From assembly GCA_002104945.1 (NCBI GenBank), contig MCFH01000028.1, forward strand, positions 611,935 through 675,934: 64,000 bases of DNA, in the 5' to 3' direction. This stretch comes from Piromyces finnis finn. Taxonomy: Eukaryota; Fungi; Neocallimastigomycota. Positions 22,225-34,123 of the stretch are shown here, one piece after another. How positions within the stretch are numbered: the stretch's first letter is position 1; each line of letters begins with the position of its first letter. The translations under genes were made by a program, and so were the position numbers. The notes under the pieces are model-generated. The model was given only the letters and a program-made list of their open reading frames with translations. It made no database searches and was not told where the DNA came from.

Positions 22225-25200
22225 TTATAAGGAATCTTTTCTCGAAGGAATTTCAATTACAAATGGTTGGTATCTGTGCTTGATTAGATTACCAACTTTA
22301 TTCTTTCTAATTTTCATGGAGGAGTCGTTCGACTTATATTTTGACTTTTTAGAGTTTCTTTCAAACTCTTGTATTAATTGTTTATCTGGAATCTGATCTT
22401 CAGAAATCCAAGTGGATTTGTCAAATCCTTTCCATGATAACTTATAAAATGTTTCACCATTAACAGATTTCATCTTTTCAATTTTCTCTGGAATTTTTTC
22501 AATTAAATCTGTGTTAAGGTGAATGTTCCTCTTCCTACGATTTGACCTGTCGTTAAACCTGTTTTCAAAGTATGGTTCTAACAATGAAACATGAAAGACT
22601 GGATGACATCTCATTGTCTTTGGAAGTTTCAATTTGAAAGCGAGAGAACTAACTTTTCCAATTATCTCAAATGGGCCAAGCATTTGAGGTGCTAATTTTC
22701 TCTTTAGGTTAGTTCCAGGAGAATCTTTCAATAACCATACCTTCTTTCCCACTTCGAACTCCGGGGGAATCATTCTCTTCATATCGGCATATTTCTTATA
22801 TGTTTCTTTTGCTTTTTCTAAGTTTTCTTTTAATAATTTAAAGTTTTCATTCATATCAATTACTCTTTGTTCAGCTCTACTAGGTCTATCATTAGCTGGA
22901 ATTTCTAAGCTGAACTTTGGATGAAAACCATAATTAGCAAAGAATGGAGATTGATTTATAGATTGTTGTAAAGTATTATTATATGCAAATTCAGCAAATG
23001 GGATAAGATCAACCCAGTTATTCTGCTTTTTATTTATAAAACAACGGAAATATTGCTCTAATATGCCGTTCACCCTCTCCGTTTGACCATCTGTCTGCGG
23101 ATGGTTGGCAGTTGATAATGAATGATTGATATTAAGAAGGTCACAAAGTCTTGACCAGAAATCAGAAGTAAATTGCGAGCCTCTATCAGAAATGATGGAA
23201 TTAGGAAGACCATGCAAACGGAAGACATTGGCAATAAAAGCATCAGCAGCAATCGAAGCAGTAGGAAGACAACGTAAAGGAATGGCGTGAGCAAATTTAG
23301 TAAATCTATCGACAACAACCATGAGAGTTGTCATATCTCTGGACTTAGGAAGATCAACAATAAAATCAATAGAAATATCAGACCAGGGCCTACTGGGAGT
23401 GTCCAAAGGGGATAACAATCCATAAGGCTTATGTCTGGGGACTTTGGATTTGCAACAAGTCACGCAAGATTTGATAAAAGATTTAACGTCTGAATGAAAC
23501 CTTGGCCACCAAAAGTTTCTGGAAATCAGTTCAGTGGTTTTCTTAATACCGAAATGACCAGCAGCAACAGAATCATGATGAAGTTCCAAAACTCTTGTCC
23601 TAAGAGATTTAGGAACATAAATAAGATTATTATATAACAAAAATCCTTCGTTATCAATAATAACTTTATCAATATTTTTAATAGGTGCATTACATGCAGA
23701 ACCATTCATTTTAAATTGGACAATAGAATTATACAAATCGTCATTTTTAAGTTCTAATAAAATAGAATCGATTAACGGTTTGTTATCGCTATGATGAAAC
23801 GAAATAGTAAGACAAGAAACATCAGAATTAATATTATTCTCTACATGGTCACTTCTACGAGACAGGATATCAGGCTTTCCAGATTTCTTTCCAGCTCTAT
23901 AGATGAGTTTAAAGTCAAATCTGGATAAGAACAAATTCCATCTAATTTGTCTCTGAGATAACATTTCAGGTTTTCTAGGAAATGTTAAGTTCTTGTGATC
24001 GGTATAAATTATGAACTGATGGCGTGCACCCTCTAAGTAATGACGCCATTCTTCAAGAGCAACTATAATAGCTAAGAGTTCCTTGTCATATATAGGATAG
24101 TTTCTTTGACAACTCGTCAAACTTTTAGAAAGAAATGCAATGGGATGTAATTTGCCGTCAAACTCTTGAGAGAGAATAGCACCGACAGCATAATTACTAG
24201 CATCAGTTTCAACAATAAATTGTTTATTACTATCCGCATGTTTCAGAATAGGAGCTGACGTGAACAAAGTTTTTAATAAAATAAAAGCGTCCTGATCTTC
24301 TTTCACCCAGTTAAAAGCAACATTCTTTCTAGTGAGTTTGTGAAGAGGGTTTGCAATTTTAGCAAAGTCTTTAATAAAAATTCTGTAATAATTGCATAAA
24401 CCAATAAAAGACTGAACCTCTTTAACATTCTTGGGAACCGGCCAATCGAGAATTGCTTTAACTTTATTTTCATCCATTTGCAATCCATCCTTTGAAATGA
24501 CATAACCAAGAAAAGTGGTTTTCTCAACATCAAACTCACATTTTTCTAATTTAACATAAAGATTATTTTCAAGTAGTTTCTTAAGTACCTTTTTAACATG
24601 CTCATGATGTTCTTCGATATTATTAGAATAAATAAGAATATCGTCAATATATGAGATAACAAAATCGTCTAAATAGTCACTAAGGACATCGTTAATGAAG
24701 TGTTGAAAAGTTGCAGGTGCATTCTTTAATCCAAAAGGCATAACCAGATATTCAAAATGTCCATATCTAGTACGAAAAGCCGTTTTGTATTCGTCACCTT
24801 CTTTAATACGAACAAGATTATAAGTGGATTTAAGGTCTAATTTAGTAAAAATCTTAGCATTTTTCACCCTATCCAAAAGGTCACTAATTAAAGGTAAAGG
24901 ATATGAATTACGAATGGTAATATCATTCAACTTTCTATAATCGATACAAAGTCTTAGGGAGCCATCCTTCTTTTTAACAAATAAAATTGGGGCACCAGCA
25001 GGAGACGATGATTTCCTAATAAAACCTTTATTTAAATTTTCATCTATATATTTTTTAAGTTCCTCTCTTTCAACTTCAGTTAATGGATACAAAGGTCCAT
25101 AAAATAAAGTCGAATCATCTTTAAGTTTGATTTCACAATCATAAGGTCTATGAGGAGGTAACACTTCACAATTTTTTTCATTAAACACTTCACTAAATTC

Positions 25201-26817
25201 TAAATATTGGGTTGGTACGGCGACCAATTTATCTTTATTAATATCTTTTCCATTATTATTATTATTACTACATGATTCGTTATCATTATTACATGTTTCA
25301 TTAATTTTTGTTACAATACATTTAACTTTTTTATTAAAACTAATATATTCATCATCGCTATCATCTTCATCATTGATGGTTCTAACAAGGCGGCCTTTAA
25401 CATATTCTTTTTCTTCATTTTTTGGGACAGAGGGATCTACTTTCGGCTTTTTGGTCAAGCTTCGGTCGAGAACATCATGATCTAACTGATCATTCTTTGA
25501 CTTCTTTCTTGGTTTTCTCTTTCTTTTGCCTTTATTACAATGTCTGGCACAATAACCAGAACTAAAAGCGATTTTCTTAGAGTCGTAGAAAGCATTTGGA
25601 TTATGATTCTTTATCCACGGCAAACCAAGAATAACATCAACACCGGGGACTTGTAATCCATAAAGTTGAATTACTTCGAAGTGATTTTTGCAACGGAGCA
25701 TGCACTTCTCAGTCCTTTCCCAAACACTAACAACTCCATCACTAACACCAGATACACGGAATGGTTCTACTTTTTCCAAATTAATACCAAGGTCTTCAGC
25801 AAGACTTGGATTAATGAAATTTAATTCAGAACCGGAATCAATTAAAACCTTAATTTTAACTTCCGAAACTTCATTGGTACTCAAGTAAAAATCCACAAGG
25901 TTTAAATCACTTTTCACTCCCTTGACTCCAACTTTGTAAATTTTTGGATTAACAATTTTTGGAGTCCTTTCTTTAACAATTCTTAACACTTTTCTGGGCT
26001 TTACTCTATTAGGACAATTAAATTTTAAATGTCCCGGTTGTTTACAAAGAAAACATAACCCTTTTTTCTTTTCTTCTTCAAAGTTATCTATGTTTTCATT
26101 GTAATTTTTACTTGATCCTTGAATATTCACATACCTTTTTCGTTTATTCTCTCTACTAATTTTAAATACATCCACATCCATAGGATCATTAGCCCTTCTA
26201 CCATTAAAATAAAATTCACTTAAAGAATTCCTTTTCATCATATCTTCAACTAAAATAGTTGAAGAAATCAATTGTTCAATTGAAGTTGGGTTTGATTCAA
26301 TGAAAGCCAACTTCTCCCTAAGTGGTGGTAATAAACCTTTCAGAAACATGTAGATTTTTGCGCTATCATTAAAGCTTGAATTTTGGCTAATACGTTGAAA
26401 CTCGGTAATGTAATCTAATACCTGACCAAGTTTCCTTTGGCGAAGATTATCTAATTTACCGTTAGCTACAACGGTATCGTATCTATAACTGCCAAAATTA
26501 GCCTTCAACCTATCTATAAATTCATCATAATGATTTAAAACCCCACTATTATTCTTCATCAACACTGAAGCCCATTCCAAAGGTTTACCAGAGAAGTATG
26601 ATATAACGAAGTCGACCTTGACTCGATCTGTATTATACAGTGTCGGTCGAGTACGAAATACCAACTCAACTCTGGTTAAAAATCCATCCAATTCTCTTTG
26701 TTTACCAGAAAATATCGGTGGAGCATTAATAATGTTCCCCGAATTCCCAGAAACACCCACAGTCCTATCACCCATCTCTAAATTTAAACTTTCAAACTCA
26801 CTAATTAAGGCCTCCAA
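22225..26817 (-). CDS. Element F uninterrupted 1530-aa gag-pol polyprotein
   Basis: ORF track shows all domains: CCHC, DSG, YIDD, RNaseH, HHCC, DDE, GPF and a degenerate chromodomain. Confidence 0.95.
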   Translation of the reverse strand: MEALISEFESLNLEMGDRTVGVSGNSGNIINAPPIFSGKQRELDGFLTRVELVFRTRPTLYNTDRVKVDFVISYFSGKPLEWASVLMKNNSGVLNHYDEFIDRLKANFGSYRYDTVVANGKLDNLRQRKLGQVLDYITEFQRISQNSSFNDSAKIYMFLKGLLPPLREKLAFIESNPTSIEQLISSTILVEDMMKRNSLSEFYFNGRRANDPMDVDVFKISRENKRKRYVNIQGSSKNYNENIDNFEEEKKKGLCFLCKQPGHLKFNCPNRVKPRKVLRIVKERTPKIVNPKIYKVGVKGVKSDLNLVDFYLSTNEVSEVKIKVLIDSGSELNFINPSLAEDLGINLEKVEPFRVSGVSDGVVSVWERTEKCMLRCKNHFEVIQLYGLQVPGVDVILGLPWIKNHNPNAFYDSKKIAFSSGYCARHCNKGKRKRKPRKKSKNDQLDHDVLDRSLTKKPKVDPSVPKNEEKEYVKGRLVRTINDEDDSDDEYISFNKKVKCIVTKINETCNNDNESCSNNNNNGKDINKDKLVAVPTQYLEFSEVFNEKNCEVLPPHRPYDCEIKLKDDSTLFYGPLYPLTEVEREELKKYIDENLNKGFIRKSSSPAGAPILFVKKKDGSLRLCIDYRKLNDITIRNSYPLPLISDLLDRVKNAKIFTKLDLKSTYNLVRIKEGDEYKTAFRTRYGHFEYLVMPFGLKNAPATFQHFINDVLSDYLDDFVISYIDDILIYSNNIEEHHEHVKKVLKKLLENNLYVKLEKCEFDVEKTTFLGYVISKDGLQMDENKVKAILDWPVPKNVKEVQSFIGLCNYYRIFIKDFAKIANPLHKLTRKNVAFNWVKEDQDAFILLKTLFTSAPILKHADSNKQFIVETDASNYAVGAILSQEFDGKLHPIAFLSKSLTSCQRNYPIYDKELLAIIVALEEWRHYLEGARHQFIIYTDHKNLTFPRKPEMLSQRQIRWNLFLSRFDFKLIYRAGKKSGKPDILSRRSDHVENNINSDVSCLTISFHHSDNKPLIDSILLELKNDDLYNSIVQFKMNGSACNAPIKNIDKVIIDNEGFLLYNNLIYVPKSLRTRVLELHHDSVAAGHFGIKKTTELISRNFWWPRFHSDVKSFIKSCVTCCKSKVPRHKPYGLLSPLDTPSRPWSDISIDFIVDLPKSRDMTTLMVVVDRFTKFAHAIPLRCLPTASIAADAFIANVFRLHGLPNSIISDRGSQFTSDFWSRLCDLLNINHSLSTANHPQTDGQTERVNGILEQYFRCFINKKQNNWVDLIPFAEFAYNNTLQQSINQSPFFANYGFHPKFSLEIPANDRPSRAEQRVIDMNENFKLLKENLEKAKETYKKYADMKRMIPPEFEVGKKVWLLKDSPGTNLKRKLAPQMLGPFEIIGKVSSLAFKLKLPKTMRCHPVFHVSLLEPYFENRFNDRSNRRKRNIHLNTDLIEKIPEKIEKMKSVNGETFYKLSWKGFDKSTWISEDQIPDKQLIQEFERNSKKSKYKSNDSSMKIRKNKVGNLIKHRYQPFVIEIPSRKDSL

Positions 26818-27054
26818 CGTAAACTATTAAATAAAATAAAAAATGTTTTCTTACTACTGTTTCAAGTAAGTAATCTTAATTTTTTTTTTTTTTTTTTTTT
26901 TTTTTACACTAATACAATCTATTTAAATACAAAAGTTATTCAAACGCGTTCTGCAAAGCAGTGTCGAACAAGTTTTGTATCTATATATTGATTCCTTCGG
27001 TAGAATTCCTTTAACAAGGGCAGCAACAGAGTTTAACCTATAATTGTTTCAGTA

Positions 27055-27177
27055 ATTCTTCTTCTATGGTAGCAACCAAGTTCTTCTATAAATTCTTCTT
27101 CTGTGGTAGCAACCAAGTACTTCGGTAGATTCTTCTTCTATGGTAGCAACCAAGTTCTTCTATAAATTCTTCTTCTG
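27055..27177 (-). repeat. 37-bp tandem repeat x about 3.3 in the F leader
   Basis: Units start at 27055, 27092, 27129 and 27166 (ATTCTTCTTCT(A/G)TGGTAGCAACCAAGT...). Confidence 0.92.
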
Positions 27178-27335
27178 ACAGTAGTAGATATCCTAACGTA
27201 CTCTTGAAGTAGTTAGGTAATTGTTATTGTAATGGCGACACAGAAAGAATAGATTAGGATATCTATTCTATTACAATAACACTAAATTTAAAATAAAAAT
27301 AAAAAATTATTTTATTTAAAAATATCTTTTATTAT

Positions 27336-29816
27336 TTGGATGATTTTGCTATATCATATATTGATGATATTCTAATATACTCAAATAGTCTAGAAGAGCA
27401 TCATGAACATGTTAAAAAAGTATTGGAAAAATTATTAGAAAATAATTTATATGTAAAGTTAGAGAAGTGTGAGTTTGATGTTTCAGAAACCACTTTCCTT
27501 GGTTATGTATTATCCAAAGATGGTCTGAAAATGGATAGAGATAAAGTTAAAGCTATCCTCGACTGGCCTGTTCCTACAAACGTTAAAGAAGTTCAATCCT
27601 TTATTGGATTATGTAATTATTATAGAATTTTTATTAAAGACTTTGCGAAAATTGCTAGTCCTCTACACAAACTTACTAGGAAAAATGTTCCTTTTAATTG
27701 GGTTTCTGAGTGTCAAAATGCATTTGTTACACTTAAAAAGGCTTTTACTTCAGCTCCTATCTTAATGAACCCTGATAGCAACAAACCTTTTATTGTTGAG
27801 ACTGACGCTAGTAACTTTGCTGTCGGTGCAATTCTTTCACAAGAATTTGAAGGGCAATTACACCCTATTGCTTTTATTTCATCTAGCTTAACCAAGTCTC
27901 AAAGGAACTATCAAATTTATGATAAAGAGTTGCTCGCTATCAAAGTGGCTCTTGAAGAATGGAGGCATTATCTGGAAGGTGCAAAGCATCAGTTCATCAT
28001 TTATACTGATCATAAGAATTTAACCTTTCCAAGAAAGCCTGAGATGCTCTCACAACGACAGATAAGATGGTATGAATTTTTATCAAGATTTGATTTTAAG
28101 TTAATTTATAGAGCTGGAAAAAAGTCTGGTAAACCTGATTTGTTATCCAGACGTAGTGATCATATCTGTAATATTTATAATAATGATAGGATTAATGAAA
28201 ATATTGAATGTAGTAATTTTAGTTGTAATTTTATTTCATGTAATGTAATTAATTCTTTTAATAAAGATGATTCTTTAATTAATTCTATTCTATGTTCCTT
28301 AAAAAATGATGATTTATATAATAAAGTTTGTGTATTTCTTAATGAAAAAAATTCTTCGTCCCCTCCGATTAGGAATATTAATAAAGTTAAAATTGATAAA
28401 GAAGGATTTTTACTTTATGATAATTTAATTTATGTTCCTTCTTCACTAAGAACTAGGGTCTTAGAATTACATCATGATTCTATTTCTGCTGGTCACTTTG
28501 GTGTTAATAAAACTATTGAATTAATTAGTAGAAATTTTTGGTGGCCAAAGTTTAGTTATGATGTTAAAAAATTTATAAAGTCTTGTGAAACTTGTTGTAA
28601 AGCTAAAGCTCCAAGACATAAACCATATGGTTTGCTTTCTCCTCTTTCCACACCTAATAGAGCTTGGTCGGAATTGTCAATGGATTTTATTGTCGAGCTT
28701 CCAAAATCCAAAGACATGACTACCATTATGGTTATAGTTGATAGGTTAACAAAAATGGCTCATTTTATTCCTTTAAGATGTTTGCCTACTGCTTCTATAG
28801 CAGCTGATGTTTTTGTTAACAATATCTTTAAATTACATGGTTTTCCTGATTCCATCATTTCTGATCGAGGTACTCAATTTACCTCAGACTTTTGGAATCG
28901 TTTATGTAATTTGTTAAATATTAAACTTGCTTTTTCTTCTGCAAACCATCCTGAAACTGATGGTCAAACGGAGAGGGTAAACGGGATATTGGAACAATAT
29001 CTCCGTTGTTTTATTAACGAAAAACAGAATAATTGGGTTGACTTGTTACCTTTTGCTGAATTTGCTTATAACAATACTTTACAGCAATCAATCAACCAAT
29101 CTCCGTTTTTCGCTAATTATGGGTTCAATCCAAAATTTAACCCTGAAATCCCTTCAGCGAATAGACCAAATAGAGCTGAACAAAGAATTTTGGATATTAA
29201 TGAAAACATTAAATTTTTAAAAGTAAATCTTGATCAAGCAAAAGAAACCTACAAAAAGTATGCTGATCAAAAGAGAATGGAATCCCCAGATTTCGAAGTT
29301 GGTAAAAAAGTTTGGTTATTAAAAGGTATTAATCCTTCAAATAAAAATGTCAAAAGAAAACTTGCTGATCAAATGCTTGGACCTTTTGAAATAATCAAGA
29401 AGGTAAGCCCTTTAGCATTTGAATTAAAATTACCAAACAATTTACGTTGCCACCCTGTTTTTCATGTTTCGTTATTAGAACCTTATAACGAAAATGAATT
29501 TGGAAATAGATCAGTAATGAATAAAAGAAAAAATGTTAAGTTAACTACTGATACTATTGATAGGATTCCTGATAAGATTATTCAAGAAAGAAATTACCAT
29601 GGAAAGAAATCTTTCTTGATGACATGGAAAAATCTTGACGAAAATACTTAGATCCCGGAAGATCAAATTTCAGATGTACAATTGATCCAAGAATTTTATA
29701 GGAAAAATAAAAAGTCTAGAAAAGAAAGTCAAGATCAAGTTTATACAAGGAATAACAATGGTATGATTAGACATAGATATCAACCATTTGTAATTGATAT
29801 TCCTTCAAATAAATAA
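27336..29816 (+). pseudogene. Element D pol 3' half (RT from YIDD, RNaseH, integrase, degenerate chromodomain) with a nonsense codon at 29649-29651
   Basis: ORF 27336-29651. The same frame continues past the TAG (W in B/F) as IPEDQI...RHRYQPFVIDIPSNK*. Confidence 0.9.
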
Positions 29817-30583
29817 TCTCGCAGGAGCTCGACTTAAAGGGCGAGATTGTAAAGATATAAAGTATATCTTTAAATTATTTAATAATTAATTAATAATTAT
29901 TGAATAATAATTTTGATATTTTAATGAAAAAATTGTTTATAAAATTTATTGTATAAATTTTATGGAATAATTAAATAAATATTAATTTTAAAATATCAAA
30001 GTTAGAAATGAAATTTGGATAAATATTTAAATTAATGGATAATTAAATTTAAATATTTTAAATATTCAAATTAAATCTTAAAAAGTTTTTATTTAATTAA
30101 AATTAGTTTAATAACTTTAGCGTAGTTTTAAATTAGCATTTTTAATTATAAATATATAATAAATAGTATTATTAATATTTAATTAATATATAGGTAATAC
30201 ATGGACTGTATTCAATTTGTAGTTTACTCAAATTGAATCAAAAGTGTATTTAATTAGTTTTAGTTTAGTTTTATTATTTTATTATTTAATCAAATTAGTA
30301 TTAAATTAGTTTTGTTTATTTTATATTGAATATATGTATAATTAAATAGAATAGTATATTAAAATATAATTTGTAAAAAATATAAATACATGTAAAATTT
30401 CATAGTTAAACGATGTAATTGTTATTGACTATAATTTAGTTAATAACTAAATAAGAACTAATAAAAAAGAAAAAAGAATATAAATAAATTTTGTTTTTGT
30501 TTTTAATTTTTTATTTTATTGTGTTTTTGTTTTATTGTAAAAAATTTTATAATCTGTTTTAAATTTTATACTTTTACAATTAC

Positions 30584-30965
30584 AGTAGCGATGTCTACCC
30601 AGAATGAAGGAAAAGAAGGAACGTTAGAAACAAAAGAAAATATTATTAATAATATTGTGAATAAAATTCCGAAAGATATTAGAGATGTAGTAAGAAAGCT
30701 ATTTGATAAATTTAATCATGTTATCGCTGTTAAAACTGACGATCTGAGTAGAACAAAATTACTACCTCATCGTATCAGGTTGAAGCCAAACTCGTTTCCT
30801 TTTAAACAACGAGCATATAGGCTATCAAAAGTGCAAGCAGACGCATTGAAAGAGGAGTTAACCAAGCTGATTAAGAATAAATTAATTGAACCATCCCATT
30901 CATCGTGGTCGTCGCCTGTAGTCTTAGTGCCTAAGAAAAATGGAAAATACCGAATGTGTGTGGAT
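30584..30965 (+). CDS. Element C pol segment 2 (RT N-terminus up to MCVD)
   Basis: HRIRL...PFKQRAYRL...SSWSSPVVLVPKKNGKYRMCVD, in frame with segments 1 and 3. Confidence 0.9.
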
Positions 30966-31760
30966 TGTAAAAGTATAAAATTTAAAACAGATTTCATACT
31001 TAAAACAAAACAATTTTTATTAACACAAAAATAAAAAAATAAAACATTAAATTTTTATTTTAAAAAAAAAAAACATTTTTATTTAAACTCTTAAAAATAT
31101 TATTAACTATATAATAGTTAATAATTAAAAAATTGAAAATAACAATTACATCGATTTAATAAACAAAAATTACATGTATTTATATTTTTTCATAATTATA
31201 TTCTAATATATTATTCTATTTAAATAAACATATATTTAATATAAAATAAACAAAACTAATTTAATTAAATAATAAAATAACAGAACTAAACTAAACTAAT
31301 TCATTATACTTTTAATTCAATTTGAGTAAACTTAAAATTGAATAAAGCCCATGTATTTTCTATAAATTAATTTAATATTATCAATACTATTCTTAATATA
31401 TTTCCTATTGAAATATAAATAAATCTATTTTTAAAACTAAGTTAAAATTATTAAACTATTCTAAATTTAAATAAAAAAGTATAATCTATTCTAAAATTAA
31501 ATAAAAAGTATTTAAAAAAATATTTTAATTATTTTAAATATTTGAAATATTTAAATTTAATTAAAATTCTTTTATTCCTTAAATTTAAATATTTATCTTA
31601 ATTTAATTTTAACGGAATTATTATAAAACAATTTATTATTAAATTATTCCATAAAATTTATTCAAAAATTCTATAATAAGTTTTACTAAATATTAATTTA
31701 TTATTTAATAATTAATAATTAATTATTAAATAATTTAAAGATATATCTTATATCTTTACA
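30966..31760 (-). repeat. Solo LTR of a D-related subfamily inserted in the C RT
   Basis: 795 bp with TGTAA...TTACA ends, perfect TSD TGGAT (30961-30965, 31761-31765), similarity to the D LTR in reverse, and the same self-primer motif. Confidence 0.93.
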
Positions 31761-31765
31761 TGGAT

Positions 31766-34123
31766 TATCGACGCTTAAATGAATGTACAATAAAGGATTC
31801 CTACGCTCTACCACTAATTGATGACATACTGTGCTACGTAGGTAAGAAAGCTGTTTTGACTACTATGGATTTGTTTTCGGGTTACCACCAAGTTCCGATG
31901 TATCCTGAGGATGAAGATCTTACATGTTTTACCACTATATATGGAAACTATAATTTCAAGGTAATGCCTTTCGGGTTATGTAATGCCCCAGCTACCTTCC
32001 AGAGAGAAATGAACAGGATTTTCTTCGACCTTATTGGGAAGTGTGTCTTTATTTATATTGATGATTTGATAGTCTTTTCCAATACAATGGAAGAACATAT
32101 TAGAGATTTATCAAAGGTTTTTAAAATACTAAGGGAAAACGGTTTAAGAATCAACATTGAGAAGTGTCACTTCTTTCAAGAAGAAGTAGAATTGCTAGGC
32201 CATGTATTATCTAAAGAAGGAATTAAACCAATTCCGGGGAAAACGCAGGTAATCATGAACTGGCTACCACCGAAAAATGTTTCTCAATTGCGTTCGTTTT
32301 TAGGGGCTGTAAGTTACTACCGAAAATTTATTGATAAATTTGCACAATATGCTAAACCATTATTTAAGTTATTAAAGAAAGACGAAGAGTTCAAATGGAG
32401 TCCAGAGGCGAATAATTCATTTGAAATCTTAAAATTAAGACTAATAGAAGCTCCGATATTAATGCCACCGGATTTTGATAAACCATTCAAGATTAGAACA
32501 GATGCATCACGTAATGGGATAGGTGGAGTGATTTTACAAATAGATGAAGATGGAATGGAGAAACCACTACACTTTGTAAGTAGGACACTGAATAAATCAG
32601 AAGAAAACTATAGTGTAACAGATTTAGAAGGGACAGCTGCATATTATTGTTCTAGGAAATTCAAGCATTATATAGTAGGAAATACGTTGGAAACTGAATT
32701 AATCACCGACCATAAACCGCTAGTTGGATTGATTAATAATAGCGAACCAACCAATAATCGACATCTTAAATGGGTCACTACGTTTAGTATATTAAAAATC
32801 AAAGTGTTGTACGAAGAAGGAAAGAAGAATGTAATAGCTGACGCTCTATCAAGATTGACCAGTAAGGAAGAAAGTCAGTTAGCACCAAGACCAAGTCATA
32901 ACAAACAAACAATCAACGTGATCGTGGAGAACAATAGTAATACTACTACTAATAATAAAATAAGTGAGAATAATAATCAATATAAAAATATAAATGATTT
33001 TATTAATAGGAAACTTATAACTATGGATGGAATACAATACTACAAGAGTAATGGGAAACTAAGAAGAATTATAGATGATGACGAAGAAAAATTCAGACTA
33101 ATTGAAGCCGCTCATTCTATCGGACATGAAGGTATATACAAGACCTATCATAGGCTAAAGAAGGAATTTTATTGGAAGGGCATGAATAACGATATAAAAA
33201 TTTATATTAAGTGTTGTCCAAGATGCCAACAATTCAAGCCACAGAAATCTAACCTTTTTGTTGAAAGCATACCTACAAAGCCAGGCTTACCATTTTCAAG
33301 AGTAGGTCTTGATCTGGTAGGTCCGTTGCCAATAACAAATAAAGGCAATAAATACATCATTGTTCTAGTGGACTATTTAACTAAATGGGTGGAGGCTGAG
33401 GCTTTGGAGAATATAGAATCCGATGATGTCATTGACTTTTTGAAGAGGGTATTTTCTCGCCATGGTATTCCAGAGGTTCTAGTAACAGACAATGGGCCTC
33501 AATTTAGATCTGATAAGACGAAGGCATTCCTGGATTTACATGACGTGTACGTCCAATACGTATCAACATACCACCCTGCATCTAATGGAGAAGTGGAAAA
33601 CCGGAATAAGGAGATAATCAAATATCTGAAACTATTAGGTAATGAAGAAGATGAATGGGATGAAATACTGCCTAGTGCATTATGGGCTCTTAGAACTTGT
33701 AAAAACGAAATTACAAAGTTCAGCAGCTTTGAACTACTATATGGACGCAAAGATCTACAACCCTTCGAACTATCTTTGATGAAAGACAGGAATAAGTATG
33801 TGAACGAAGAGGAATATTGGATACAGAAGTTCGTGAGACATCATAAGTGGATACAAGAAGCCATCGATAATATTGAAACAGCCAATAAATTATGGAGTGA
33901 CCGGAGACGACAGAGTAAACGAATGAGAGCCGCATATAAACCTGGAGATTTAGTATTAGTTAAAGTATTCAATAGAAGGAAACTGGACCCTTATTTTACT
34001 GGACCCTTAAAAATCATAAAGAAAGAATTTAATACAGTTACAGTTTGTGATCCTATTTCAGGGGAAATTGCAGAACGGAATATTCACTTAAAGAATATAA
34101 TTCCATATTTTTCTGAATTGTAA
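31766..34123 (+). CDS. Element C pol segment 3 (RT, RNaseH, integrase with GPY/F, no chromodomain)
   Basis: ORF 31760-34123 with YIDD, TDAS, HHCC, DDE and PYFTGP. Confidence 0.93.
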   Translation, partial: YRRLNECTIKDSYALPLIDDILCYVGKKAVLTTMDLFSGYHQVPMYPEDEDLTCFTTIYGNYNFKVMPFGLCNAPATFQREMNRIFFDLIGKCVFIYIDDLIVFSNTMEEHIRDLSKVFKILRENGLRINIEKCHFFQEEVELLGHVLSKEGIKPIPGKTQVIMNWLPPKNVSQLRSFLGAVSYYRKFIDKFAQYAKPLFKLLKKDEEFKWSPEANNSFEILKLRLIEAPILMPPDFDKPFKIRTDASRNGIGGVILQIDEDGMEKPLHFVSRTLNKSEENYSVTDLEGTAAYYCSRKFKHYIVGNTLETELITDHKPLVGLINNSEPTNNRHLKWVTTFSILKIKVLYEEGKKNVIADALSRLTSKEESQLAPRPSHNKQTINVIVENNSNTTTNNKISENNNQYKNINDFINRKLITMDGIQYYKSNGKLRRIIDDDEEKFRLIEAAHSIGHEGIYKTYHRLKKEFYWKGMNNDIKIYIKCCPRCQQFKPQKSNLFVESIPTKPGLPFSRVGLDLVGPLPITNKGNKYIIVLVDYLTKWVEAEALENIESDDVIDFLKRVFSRHGIPEVLVTDNGPQFRSDKTKAFLDLHDVYVQYVSTYHPASNGEVENRNKEIIKYLKLLGNEEDEWDEILPSALWALRTCKNEITKFSSFELLYGRKDLQPFELSLMKDRNKYVNEEEYWIQKFVRHHKWIQEAIDNIETANKLWSDRRRQSKRMRAAYKPGDLVLVKVFNRRKLDPYFTGPLKIIKKEFNTVTVCDPISGEIAERNIHLKNIIPYFSEL

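Larger units (their letters stand above)
21584..27335 (-). mobile_element. Element F: B-family retrotransposon in reverse orientation with a truncated 5' LTR
   Basis: 3' LTR 21584-22188, PPT complement 22189-22200, PBS complement GTAATTGTTAT 27217-27227. Only 27228-27335 of the 5' LTR remains. Confidence 0.95.
13936..30578 (+). mobile_element. Element D: Tf1/sushi-like Ty3/gypsy related to B/F, inserted in C pol, internally deleted
   Basis: 731-bp LTRs 13936-14666 and 29848-30578 are near-identical. Flanks are ATAAC/ATTAC. PBS ATAACAATTAC 14667-14677 is complementary to 14503-14513. PPT AAAGGGCGAGAT. Confidence 0.93.

Noticed and set aside
5315-33935. Short antisense or alternate-frame ORFs inside gag-pol
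   Set aside because: They are shadows of the retroelement reading frames with no independent motifs.
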